This document shows positions 8,796-20,318 of a DNA stretch of 64,000 nucleotides, in pieces. How positions within the stretch are numbered: position 1 is the first letter of the stretch; each line of letters begins with the position of its first letter. A program made the translations under genes and the position numbers. The notes beneath the pieces were generated by a model. That model worked only from the letters and a program-made list of their open reading frames with translations, had not been told where the DNA came from and did no database searches. Source of the stretch: Gammaproteobacteria bacterium (GTDB taxonomy: Bacteria > Pseudomonadota > Gammaproteobacteria > UBA4575); contig CBDCTA010000018.1 of the NCBI GenBank assembly GCA_965221955.1, positions 227,116 to 291,115 on the forward strand. Reading direction: 5' to 3'.

Positions 8796-10910
8796 ATGAA
8801 CTCAAACCTCAAAGCATTATATGCTGAGGCACCGATTGCGCAAAAGAAAAAATCTGCAATTACGCAACACGGATACACACGCATTGATGATTATGCATGG
8901 CTGAAAGACGAGAACTGGCAGCAAGTTATTCAAACTCCCGAGGTGCTCTCACAAGAAATCAAAGACTATCTAGTGGCTGAAAATGAATATTTAGCACAAT
9001 GCATGGGCGATACTGAAATTCTACAAAAAAAATTATTTACCGAACTACGAGCAAGAATTAAAGAAGACGATAGCAGCGTTCCTGAAAAAGATGGTGATTA
9101 TTTTTATTACGATCGTTACGAGGAAAACCAACAGTATCCAATTTATTGTCGTTATCATAAAGACAATCCTGAACACGAAGAAATTCTACTAAACGCAAAT
9201 CTTGCAGCTAAAGGTTTTGACTACTTTGATATTGGCGATGCAGGACACAGCCCAGACCACAAATACTTTGCGTACAGTGCTGATATTAAAGGTTCTGAGT
9301 TTTACACACTTTATATTATCAATTTAGAAACAGGAGAATTACTCAAAGACCAAATAAGGAATATACAAAGTGTTTTTGTATGGGCAATGGATAACCGTAC
9401 GCTTTTTTACACCACACTTGATGACAATCATCGCCCAGACAAAGTTTATCGTCATACACTAGGTGAGAATATTTTTGATGATGAAATGTTATACGAGGAG
9501 AAAGATTCAGGTTTTTTTGTCTCATTGGATATCACTGAATCCAACCGCTTTATTTTGATCTCTGCACATGATCACGTCACTACTGAAATACATATCATTG
9601 ATGCATTTAATCCTAAACAAGCTGCAAAATGTTTTTCCAAACGCCAAGTGGGTGTTGAATACGAAATTACTGATCGTGATGGCACATTTTTTATTGTTAC
9701 CAATAAGGACGGCGCTGAAGATTACAAAATCATGCAAACCGATCTACAGCAAACCGAACATAGCCATTGGCAAGATGCATATGTTCCGGAAACTGGAACA
9801 CTACTACGTGGTATTTACTTATTTAAAGGCTACTTGATCCGTTCAGAGCGCATTAATGGTTTGCCTAGAATCGTAATTGTTCAATTTCAAGATAATAAAT
9901 TTGGTCAAGAATATTGTATTAATTTCGATGAAGAGGCTTATGAATTAAATATCATTCCAGGCTATGAATATGACACGCACATGCTTAGGTTTTCGTATAC
10001 CTCAATGACAACACCTACACAAATTTATGACTATGAGATGTCAACGCGTGAGCGAACCTTAAAAAAACAACAAGAAGTTCCTAGTGGCCATCATCCGGCC
10101 GATTACACTACACGCAGACTTTTTGCCACTACAGATGATAATAAAGAAGTACCGATTTCATTACTCTATAAAAATACTACACCATTGAATAGCACTGCAC
10201 CTATGTTGTTATACGCATATGGTTCTTATGGCAGTTCAATGCCCGCTAGTTTTTCAACCAATCGCTTAAGTTTAGTCGATCGCGGATTTATTTATGCCAT
10301 TGCACATGTTCGCGGCGGTATGGAAAAAGGCTATGCATGGTATAAACATGGAAAACTAGAATACAAAACCAATACCTTCAAAGATTACATCACTTGCGCA
10401 AACTATCTTGTTGAAAACAATTTTACTCAAGCGGGTAATATTGTCGTTCATGGCGGCTCAGCTGGAGGCATGTTGGTCGGGGCGGTATTAAACATGAATC
10501 CCACTTTATTTTATGCGGCAATTGCAGATGTACCTTTTGTAGATGTACTCAACACCATGAGTGACGATAGTCTACCCCTTACTCCTCCTGAGTGGCCTGA
10601 ATGGGGCAATCCTATAACGAATAAGTCTGACTACGATAATATTTCTCAATACTCTCCTTACGATAATGTTTCTGAACAAGACTATCCCCATATATTAGTG
10701 ACCGCAGGACTTACAGATCCACGCGTAACGTACTGGGAACCTGCTAAATGGGTGGCTAAACTTCGTGTACATAAAACCGACAATAATTTGTTGTTATTAA
10801 AAATGAACATGAGTGCAGGACACGCAGGGGCATCAGGACGCTTTGATTACTTAAAAGAGGTTGCATTAATGTATGCATTCATTCTCAAGGTATTCAATAT
10901 GACAAGCTAA
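8796..10910 (+). CDS. ptrB: Oligopeptidase B (S9A)
   Basis: RIDDYAWLKD, GGSAGG nucleophile, DPRVTYWEPAKWVAKLR, AGH; ATG at 8796 preferred. Confidence 0.95.
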   Translation: MNSNLKALYAEAPIAQKKKSAITQHGYTRIDDYAWLKDENWQQVIQTPEVLSQEIKDYLVAENEYLAQCMGDTEILQKKLFTELRARIKEDDSSVPEKDGDYFYYDRYEENQQYPIYCRYHKDNPEHEEILLNANLAAKGFDYFDIGDAGHSPDHKYFAYSADIKGSEFYTLYIINLETGELLKDQIRNIQSVFVWAMDNRTLFYTTLDDNHRPDKVYRHTLGENIFDDEMLYEEKDSGFFVSLDITESNRFILISAHDHVTTEIHIIDAFNPKQAAKCFSKRQVGVEYEITDRDGTFFIVTNKDGAEDYKIMQTDLQQTEHSHWQDAYVPETGTLLRGIYLFKGYLIRSERINGLPRIVIVQFQDNKFGQEYCINFDEEAYELNIIPGYEYDTHMLRFSYTSMTTPTQIYDYEMSTRERTLKKQQEVPSGHHPADYTTRRLFATTDDNKEVPISLLYKNTTPLNSTAPMLLYAYGSYGSSMPASFSTNRLSLVDRGFIYAIAHVRGGMEKGYAWYKHGKLEYKTNTFKDYITCANYLVENNFTQAGNIVVHGGSAGGMLVGAVLNMNPTLFYAAIADVPFVDVLNTMSDDSLPLTPPEWPEWGNPITNKSDYDNISQYSPYDNVSEQDYPHILVTAGLTDPRVTYWEPAKWVAKLRVHKTDNNLLLLKMNMSAGHAGASGRFDYLKEVALMYAFILKVFNMTS

Positions 10911-10938
10911 GGGGTTTTATAGTATCGTTATGGGCTAG

Positions 10939-10962
10939 AGCACCAGATATTGGTGCTTTTTT
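10939..10962 (+). terminator. Intrinsic terminator after ptrB
   Basis: AGCACCA-GATAT-TGGTGCT followed by T5. Confidence 0.75.
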
Positions 10963-11021
10963 AATCACACACTGTACAGCCTCTACAAAGAACGCTAACC
11001 AGAAAACAAGCGGAAATAACA

Positions 11022-11237
11022 ATGGTTGAAGAAAATTTAATTCGACGCGATGAAGACACAGGTTATATCATCGCATGGAAATTAAAGTATGATTTCGAGA
11101 CAGGGAAGTTAACAGATAACACCATGACCTATGGCGAAGCTCGTAAAAAGTGTGCTGAACTGAATGCTGAAAACTCTGAAAAAACATTCTGGCCAGAAAA
11201 AGTGAAGCCTGCACCAGAGTGGCATATCATTTACTAA
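11022..11237 (+). CDS. Small hypothetical protein
   Basis: 71 aa, GCGGA RBS-like sequence upstream, protein-like composition. Confidence 0.7.
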   Translation: MVEENLIRRDEDTGYIIAWKLKYDFETGKLTDNTMTYGEARKKCAELNAENSEKTFWPEKVKPAPEWHIIY

Positions 11238-11238
11238 A

Positions 11239-11290
11239 CGCTCAAGTAAAGTTGAGCGATATCTACTGACTTCTCAAGTAGAGTTGAGAA
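11239..11290. repeat. Tandem pair of related hairpins
   Basis: CGCTCAA-GTAAAG-TTGAGCG and TTCTCAA-GTAGAG-TTGAGAA. Confidence 0.65.
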
Positions 11291-11313
11291 AGACCCAAAA
11301 GTATATTGTCGAC

Positions 11314-11961
11314 TTAAGGCGAGAGTCGTTCTATTTTCCAATCCGATGAAATTCTTATGTAGCGCAATCTATCGTGTAGTCGATTGGGCCTGCCCTGCCA
11401 AAATTCAAACAAATTAGGAATGACACGATACCCACCCCAATGCTCGGGATATGGAACTACTGTATTCTCATATTGCTGTTCCAACTTCTCATATTCATCT
11501 TCAAGTACTTTATAACTATCTATTACAGCACTTTGATGAGAAGCAATTGCACCAATCTGACTCCCCCTTGGTCTTGAATGAAAGTATTCTTTTGATTCTT
11601 GTTTTGACACTTTTTCTACGTGCCCTTGGATGCGTACTTGCCTATAGAGTTTATCCCACCAAAAAGTTAAAGCGGCTTTATTAGAGCTCGCTAAATCATG
11701 TGCTTTACTACTTTTATAGTTAGTGAAAAACACAAAACCTTGTTCATCATAACTTTTGAGCAATACCATCCGCGCAGAAACATCTCCCTTTTTATTTACT
11801 GTAGCAATATTCACTGCGTTTGGTTCCATTAAATCCGCATCAGATACCTCACTAAACCAGTCCGCAAATAATTTAAATGGGTTCTTATCTACGTCTTTTT
11901 CAGACAAGGTTCTTGATTCATAATGCTGACGCATATTTTTAACATTAGTATCCTGACTCAT
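11314..11961 (-). CDS. pdxH: Pyridoxamine 5'-phosphate oxidase
   Basis: RMVLLK, FFTNYKSSK, EFWQGRPNRLHDR, ERLSP. Confidence 0.97.
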   Translation of the reverse strand: MSQDTNVKNMRQHYESRTLSEKDVDKNPFKLFADWFSEVSDADLMEPNAVNIATVNKKGDVSARMVLLKSYDEQGFVFFTNYKSSKAHDLASSNKAALTFWWDKLYRQVRIQGHVEKVSKQESKEYFHSRPRGSQIGAIASHQSAVIDSYKVLEDEYEKLEQQYENTVVPYPEHWGGYRVIPNLFEFWQGRPNRLHDRLRYIRISSDWKIERLSP

Positions 11962-11978
11962 AGCACTTCCTTGTTTAA

Positions 11979-12611
11979 TTAACTAAACGCAACCCCTATA
12001 CCCCCTAGCCCACAGTAGCCATTAGGGTTTTTAGCAAGATATTGCTGATGATAATCTTCAGCATAATAAAATTCGGGCGCATCAATGATTTCCGTTGTAA
12101 TCGCCCCATATCCTTGCTTGGTCAATACGTCTTGGTAAGTGTGCTTAGTTTGCTCTGCGATTTGTTTCTGTTCTTCGCTATAGGTGTAAATACCAGAACG
12201 ATACTGCGTACCCACATCGTTACCTTGCTGCATTCCTTGTGTAGGGTTATGCGACTCCCAAAACACTTTTAGTAATTCTTTGTAGCGAATCACCTCAGGA
12301 TCAAATACCACACGTACCATTTCATTATGCCCAGTCAATCCCGTACACACTTCTTCATAGGTAGCATTTGGCGTGAAGCCCCCTGCATAGCCCACTGATG
12401 TAGAAAACACACCTCGAAGTTGCCAAAACTTGCGCTCCGCTCCCCAAAAGCAACCCATTCCAAACATGGCTATCTCAAGCCCTTCAGGGAAAGGAGGCAG
12501 CAAAGAATTTCGATTGACGTAATGTTGATTTGAAACTTGCATTGCCTCGGCACGGCCTGGCAAAGCATCTTGCCTAGATGGCATTAACGTTTTTTTATTT
12601 GTGAATAACAT
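11979..12611 (-). CDS. msrA: Peptide methionine sulfoxide reductase A
   Basis: [18 protein letters not shown]. Confidence 0.97.
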   Translation of the reverse strand: MLFTNKKTLMPSRQDALPGRAEAMQVSNQHYVNRNSLLPPFPEGLEIAMFGMGCFWGAERKFWQLRGVFSTSVGYAGGFTPNATYEEVCTGLTGHNEMVRVVFDPEVIRYKELLKVFWESHNPTQGMQQGNDVGTQYRSGIYTYSEEQKQIAEQTKHTYQDVLTKQGYGAITTEIIDAPEFYYAEDYHQQYLAKNPNGYCGLGGIGVAFS

Positions 12612-12777
12612 AGTGTTAATTTCTCAAACTACCATACATAAACCTTAATCTAAACGGATTGTACAATGCAAAATAGATAACGGCTTTCAGCAGTCTTAGC
12701 GTGAGCAAATTAAGCAAATATTCAGAAAAAGAGATTTAGCAGATATTTAATAAAACGCCAGGACTTCTGGTTTTAAA

Positions 12778-12805
12778 ATGACCGCTTTCAGCCGAAAACG
12801 GTCAT
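12778..12805. repeat. Palindromic element / possible terminator downstream of usp
   Basis: ATGACCG-C-TTTC-AGCC-GAAA-A-CGGTCAT. Confidence 0.55.
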
Positions 12806-12870
12806 AATTCTTTATTGGATACTATAAAATTCGCCATAAATTAATACTTACTTGGGTAAACTTTCTACCG

Positions 12871-13830
12871 TTAGCTATCAATAGTAATTGGACTTTCAAA
12901 GTTATCTGGTTTGATTGCTAAAACAGAGCAATCCAACTGATTAAGAATGTTCTCAGCAGTGTTGCCTATCAATAATCCTGGAACACCAGCACGACCTACA
13001 GTTCCCATTACTACAAGCTCTGCACCGATTTCTTTTGTAACCTTCGGTACTATTTTTTTTGCATTGCCTTGCACGAGATGAAGCTGTGGTTTAAGAAAAT
13101 TCATAGTTTCTTCACCGTATAAATTACAAGACTTCTCAACTACATCCGTTAACCATTGTGTACGAATCGCCTTCTCATGATTAACCATTTCATCTACTTC
13201 TGAATCTGTGTAAGACATATGCGGACCACGTAGGTAGCTCTCATAAGGTAAATTCCATACATGTATGACATGCAACTCTCCAAAATCAGCTAATGCCAGT
13301 GATATGGACAGTTCTAATAGTCGCTGATTGAGAGCTTCGTTATCCATATTTTCATGTTGATAATCCAGTGCGACAAGAATCTCTTTTTCACCTATTTGTT
13401 GGGTTGATTTTATTATCCACACTGGGCATGGGCATTTTCGTAGCAGCTTCATTTCTGAAGCACTGAATAAATAACGAACTACAGAAGAAGTATTTTTGAC
13501 AGTTTTAATAATCAAATCACCATCATTCCTAATTACTTCACGTATGATCTCAACAAACGGTCTCCCAGTCAGCACCTTGGTATTAATTATAACCCCGGAG
13601 TTTTTTATTCCTTTCACAAGCAACTCTAGCTGTTCTTGTCTCTGTTTAGTGAGTATAGGTACAAGCTCATTGTTGCGACCACTTTTCTGATCAACGCTTG
13701 ACATATACACAGTCCCAATTACAGTAAGCTTCGCTTGATGAACTTTTGCTAAAGCGACAGCTTGTTCAAATGCCGAGGAGTTATCAAGCTCTTCCTCTAA
13801 GACGAAAATAATATTTGAAAATTTAACCAT
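12871..13830 (-). CDS. Tandem-domain universal stress protein (UspE-like)
   Basis: LLRKCPCPVWIIK, VMGTVGRAGVPGLLIGNTAE, CSVLAIKP. Confidence 0.9.
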   Translation of the reverse strand: MVKFSNIIFVLEEELDNSSAFEQAVALAKVHQAKLTVIGTVYMSSVDQKSGRNNELVPILTKQRQEQLELLVKGIKNSGVIINTKVLTGRPFVEIIREVIRNDGDLIIKTVKNTSSVVRYLFSASEMKLLRKCPCPVWIIKSTQQIGEKEILVALDYQHENMDNEALNQRLLELSISLALADFGELHVIHVWNLPYESYLRGPHMSYTDSEVDEMVNHEKAIRTQWLTDVVEKSCNLYGEETMNFLKPQLHLVQGNAKKIVPKVTKEIGAELVVMGTVGRAGVPGLLIGNTAENILNQLDCSVLAIKPDNFESPITIDS

Positions 13831-13921
13831 TTCACCACCTATCGAAAATATTTTTAATAAAACTTAAAAAAATAAAAATCCAGATCACAAAGTCACTGTA
13901 ATATAGCTAGGACTCCAATAA

Positions 13922-13935
13922 CTGATCTGGCTCAA
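13922..13935 (-). promoter_or_regulatory. Possible FNR-type site upstream of usp
   Basis: TTGAG-CCAG-ATCAG, 8/10 to TTGAT-N4-ATCAA. Confidence 0.35.
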
Positions 13936-14386
13936 GTAAGTAACCGTTTTAATATTCGTTTTTAACTGCGCAAATCTTCAGTTTTTTCGAATCGTAACTC
14001 GCCGTTTTAACGACAAGTAATTAATTAAATTAAATGACTGATTAATAAATAAGACATTTATTGGAAAGTGATTGATTGCTCAAAACTTGAAAAGTTATGA
14101 AACAAAATGCATTTGAATTGTTGCAAACAACAGTCATCTAAGTGATTGCTGTTTCAGTTGTATTCAAATAAGCAATAGAAGCAAGTCCGCTTATTTTTTT
14201 ATTAAGTTTGTTAAGTGTTGTAATACTTAACCCTAATGTCCACTATGGGTTGTAAGCAGATATTTTGAATGTTTGAATTGAAGTTTCCTACCTGATTTTC
14301 CCCTCAGTAGTTTGAATTATGGTTGTTTTAGATCAAAAGCGGAAATTTTGTTAATCAAATTTTAATTTCCCAACCCATATATTATT

Positions 14387-14620
14387 TCAGCTACCTAAGT
14401 CTTTGGAATGGGGTCTTTTAGCAAGAAACCTCCAACCTAAAAAGAAAACACTTAATAGCACCCCTACGGTTAGATACCAGTCTTTATATAAAAGATGTGC
14501 AATCACGGCCAACAAAAAACTTACTGTTACCCAAAACGATTTTTCTAACGTTTCATACTCACTCTTTAGTTTTACAACTTGTTTGCTCTCTTCTTCATTA
14601 TTTTGTTGACCTTTATCCAT
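14387..14620 (-). CDS. Small membrane protein
   Basis: 77 aa, two hydrophobic helices. Confidence 0.6.
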   Translation of the reverse strand: MDKGQQNNEEESKQVVKLKSEYETLEKSFWVTVSFLLAVIAHLLYKDWYLTVGVLLSVFFLGWRFLAKRPHSKDLGS

Positions 14621-14650
14621 ATGAATATTATAAGTCTTAGTTAAATTTTA

Positions 14651-15157
14651 TTAAGTTAACCCATCTATGACCAATTGTTTATACAAGCTTGATTCACGCT
14701 TAAAAAAGCCTTCTGTATGAAAGGAATCTTCTAATTTATAGAGTTCATAATCTAAGTGATGACAGACTTCATGAAACAAAGTGCGCATATAGGTTTTAAA
14801 AGCGACCACTTGTTTTCGCTTAGCGGTTAGCATCCAGACTGAGATTTCCGCCACCTTCGTTTTACGCGAGACAGGTTCATATAAACCATGTAACTCCCCA
14901 TAGTTATTATGAGGTCGACTGGTTAATACTTTCACTTTAATCGGTGGAATTTCCAATTGTAGAGTCAATTGATTTGTTAGCGTTTGACTCGCGCGCAGCA
15001 CATGTGCTTTTTGTTTGGTTTGCAGTGCAGACCGAACATCACGCACATAAGGCAATAATTGGTTAGAGTTTTTTAGACTTACGTTAGAAATTTTATCGCT
15101 GGCGCGGTAAATTTTTTTATCTTTTGCAGGTAAACGACGATAATAAGAATACGGCAT
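14651..15157 (-). CDS. Putative minimal zinc metalloprotein (HExxH)
   Basis: TLFHEVCHHLD...SFHTEGF; basic protein. Confidence 0.65.
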   Translation of the reverse strand: MPYSYYRRLPAKDKKIYRASDKISNVSLKNSNQLLPYVRDVRSALQTKQKAHVLRASQTLTNQLTLQLEIPPIKVKVLTSRPHNNYGELHGLYEPVSRKTKVAEISVWMLTAKRKQVVAFKTYMRTLFHEVCHHLDYELYKLEDSFHTEGFFKRESSLYKQLVIDGLT

Positions 15158-15221
15158 TACTAAAACACTGGCTGTGAAGTCAGTATTCTAGCGTTTTGAA
15201 AAATTAGAAACTAGCCAGAAA

Positions 15222-15869
15222 TCAATTTGAAACGAATTTATGCTCGTTTTTACCAAGATCTAGTGTGAACTTAATATCACTTGCCGCAACTGAAATCGAA
15301 TAATCTTCTAGTCTCACCAAGCCTTGTTCGGTACGGTAAGCACCATAACCACGTAACATCCCTGCAAGCACAAACTCTCCATTTTCACAGCTCAGTAACC
15401 CACCACCCGATTCACCAGAATCTATTCCAGCACTAGTATGAATGGCCTCAGCTTTTTGAGAAACAAAATTTCCTGAAGTAGTAAGTAAACTTTGCGCACG
15501 CGGATATCCTGCTGCCCACACTTCTTGACTTTCATATAAATCAGATTTGCTAAGCGGGATAGGATAAAGATTTTCTGTACGAACTGAGAGTAATGCAACA
15601 TCAGATGCTTGATCTACTAATAACACTGATGCTTTATACATAGTATTATTAATCTCAACTGCAGTGTTGTCATAATCTTCTAATACATGTGCAGCTGTAA
15701 TAACTAAATCATTGGATACCACTACACCACTGGCGTGACTATTCTCACCACTTTCGATTGCAACAATTGAATTGAGTATTTGATTAGTAGGCCAATGACA
15801 AGTGAGTTCTTCAGCATTACTCACCGCTGCAAACAAAAGAAGAAAAACAATTTTATTAAGGTGCTTCAT
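15222..15869 (-). CDS. Secreted trypsin-like serine protease
   Basis: AGGAG RBS before ATG 15869; signal peptide; TAAH, DVALL, GESGG. Confidence 0.85.
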   Translation of the reverse strand: MKHLNKIVFLLLFAAVSNAEELTCHWPTNQILNSIVAIESGENSHASGVVVSNDLVITAAHVLEDYDNTAVEINNTMYKASVLLVDQASDVALLSVRTENLYPIPLSKSDLYESQEVWAAGYPRAQSLLTTSGNFVSQKAEAIHTSAGIDSGESGGGLLSCENGEFVLAGMLRGYGAYRTEQGLVRLEDYSISVAASDIKFTLDLGKNEHKFVSN

Positions 15870-16191
15870 CTTACGCTCCTTATAATGATGCAAGCATTGC
15901 TCGTGTTATTGTCTATAAACTAGTTTATCCACCTATATAGACAACTCTGAATAGCAATGCATGTGTGCGTATCGACCTTTCTGCTAAACGGTATTTATCC
16001 TTTATTTGTTAATAGTTTAGCGTGCAAAAAGCTGAACTGGATCACAGTAACAATACTTATAAGCAATAATTAACAGTATTTATGATTAGCCCTCTATTTT
16101 AGATCTATCAAAACTCCAGACTACATATAGGAATTACAGATTTAATTTATTTCAAGTGCATTTTTTACAATGACTAAGTTATCGAAGTACC

Positions 16192-17106
16192 TTAACGCCT
16201 AAAACTCCATGATTCTGCTTCTATAAAGACACGTTTTACATTTTTAAATTTTTGCTTAATTTCTTTGTCTATTTTAGAAATTACATCTTCCATTTTTTCT
16301 GTACGAATTTTGTCATTAAACTCCACGCTCAAATTCACTAATATATAATCTGGACCCATGTGCATGGTCAGTACTTCATTGACCTGCTCCACACCTGAAT
16401 ATTTATTAGCGATTTTTCCAATACCCTTCACAACCTCCGGTTCGGCTGCTTCACCAATGAGTAAGCCTTTAGTTTCTAAAGCTAATAGTGCAGCGATTGT
16501 TGCTAATATAATGCCAATACCTACTGAAGCAATACCATCAAATACATAATTTCCGGTCAGTTGACTCACTGCGACCCCTAGCATCGCAAAAATCAATCCT
16601 AACATTGCGGCTGCGTCTTCCAATAGCACAACAAACATTCCTGGGTCTTTACCTTGCCTGATTGCCTGCATGTATGTTTTATTTCCCTTTGACTTATTGA
16701 ATTCTTTAAGTGCGATGTAAAAAACAAATGCCTCAATCAAAATGGCAACACCAAGCACAATATAGTTGATATGCGGACTTGTGATGACTTCAGGATGCTT
16801 TATATGCGCAATCCCTTTAAAAATAGACAACCCCGAGCCTACCGCAAAAATTAAAATCGCTACTACAAAACTCCAAAAATAGATTTCTTTGCCATGACCA
16901 TATGGATAATGCTTATCAGCGGGCTTTTTGGCCTGCCTTAATCCAAATAAGAGTAAAACTTGATTACCTGTATCCACTACCGAGTGAATACCCTCAGAAA
17001 ACATAGCAGAACTTCCAGTGATTGCGGATGCTATAAATTTAGTTACAGCAATTGCACCATTCCCAAATAGTGCTGCGTAGATTACTTTTTTAGATGACCC
17101 AGCCAT
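16192..17106 (-). CDS. Cation diffusion facilitator transporter
   Basis: EGIHSVVD, HYPYGHGKE, LEDAAA, RVFIE. Confidence 0.92.
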   Translation of the reverse strand: MAGSSKKVIYAALFGNGAIAVTKFIASAITGSSAMFSEGIHSVVDTGNQVLLLFGLRQAKKPADKHYPYGHGKEIYFWSFVVAILIFAVGSGLSIFKGIAHIKHPEVITSPHINYIVLGVAILIEAFVFYIALKEFNKSKGNKTYMQAIRQGKDPGMFVVLLEDAAAMLGLIFAMLGVAVSQLTGNYVFDGIASVGIGIILATIAALLALETKGLLIGEAAEPEVVKGIGKIANKYSGVEQVNEVLTMHMGPDYILVNLSVEFNDKIRTEKMEDVISKIDKEIKQKFKNVKRVFIEAESWSFRR

Positions 17107-17155
17107 TCTAGTAGTAGAACCTCAGAATTTTTTAATTATTAGTTAAAAAGATTCA

Positions 17156-19057
<1,902 letters not shown>

Positions 19058-19111
19058 CTATTTTGAATTATTTTTTAATGTGTAGCATGGGCGCGTAGCT
19101 TATGATGAGAC

Positions 19112-19214
19112 TGTGCTTTCCTCCGCCAGCATTATCTGGTTCAGGTAATCTTAAGAGTGTCTCTCAGCCCATTGCATAAGATTATTTTCCATGCAATCAG
19201 CACCTCTAGCTCAG
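19112..19214 (-). ncRNA. TPP riboswitch
   Basis: Minus strand CTAGAGGTGC...GCTGAGA.ACACTCT...ACCTGAACCAGATAATGCTGGCGGAGGAAAG directly upstream of thiC. Confidence 0.92.
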
Positions 19215-19340
19215 TAGCATAATTTTAGTTGAATCAAAGCAGCATTGATATGCTTATAGTTTAAATTTCGGCATAAATAGTTGCTACATGGATGCACACC
19301 CCGTAGTCTTTTACTACTTATCTATGATTATTTCGTTTAC

Positions 19341-20300
19341 ATGTCTTTAAAAGTCGCCATTGTTGGACCGAGTCGCAGCAAACAAGGTACTGGCCCATTC
19401 ATTGCAAGAACATTCAAACAACTAGGCTGCGATGTTCAAGCAGTAGTCAGCAGTTCACTTGCTTCTGCTGAAAAAGCTGTGGAATATTTAAAGAGCGAAT
19501 ATTCAATCAACAGTAAAGCGTACTCATCGCTTGATGAATTATTCCGTCGTCACGATATTGATATTGTCATAATAAGTAGCCCAGTAGATTCACATTTCCA
19601 ACACTTGCAATCGGCTATCGAAGCAAGTTGCCATGTGTTTTGCGAAAAACCACTGTGGTGGGATGAAAATGTATTAACGCTAGCTGATATTGACCGAATG
19701 ACTTCTACAACTACTGATTTGGTAAATGCCTGTAATGCTAAACAGCTTTTGTTACAACTGAATACACAGTGGCCCTATACTTTGCCAAGCTATTATGAAC
19801 TTTACCCTCAATTTGTGGAAAATAATAAAATTGAAACCTTCGAGATGTGGTTGTCTCCACAAAGCGAAGGCAAATCAATGATTGTTGACACGGTCTCACA
19901 TGTTTTGAGCATGCTGTATACCTTATGCAGTGCGGGCAAAATCAATAATATTGAATCTAACTTCCATCAGCTTAAAGACAATCAAGACTTACTAATCAAC
20001 TTCGATTATTTGCATGCATTTGGAGACACACGGGTTTCCATCGCGCTGACTTCGAGTAATCATTTTCCCAAACCCGCAGCCTATGCAATAAATGGTTTGC
20101 GTGTGGATAGACATGTCGAACTACCTAATTACCTGATATCATTACGTTCAACCGAGAAACAGCTACCTATAGTAGACCCGCTAGAATGTTCTATTAAGAA
20201 CTTTATCAGCTCTATTCACTCTAAAGCCTCTTCAGATGAAGTTGCATTGATTGATGGCATGACGCATCTAGCGCAAATTTATCAAGCAGTAATTCAATAG
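19341..20300 (+). CDS. Gfo/Idh/MocA family oxidoreductase
   Basis: LKVAIVG Rossmann start, HVFCEKP; ATG at 19341 preferred. Confidence 0.85.
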   Translation: MSLKVAIVGPSRSKQGTGPFIARTFKQLGCDVQAVVSSSLASAEKAVEYLKSEYSINSKAYSSLDELFRRHDIDIVIISSPVDSHFQHLQSAIEASCHVFCEKPLWWDENVLTLADIDRMTSTTTDLVNACNAKQLLLQLNTQWPYTLPSYYELYPQFVENNKIETFEMWLSPQSEGKSMIVDTVSHVLSMLYTLCSAGKINNIESNFHQLKDNQDLLINFDYLHAFGDTRVSIALTSSNHFPKPAAYAINGLRVDRHVELPNYLISLRSTEKQLPIVDPLECSIKNFISSIHSKASSDEVALIDGMTHLAQIYQAVIQ

Positions 20301-20318
20301 TAATATTAAATAGTAATA

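Noticed and set aside
8558-8884. 108-aa minus-strand ORF
   Set aside because: Overlaps both the 119-aa gene and the ptrB start on the other strand
13831-14386. CRISPR array or IS remnant in the long intergenic gap
   Set aside because: No regularly spaced identical repeats, terminal inverted repeats or transposase fragment visible
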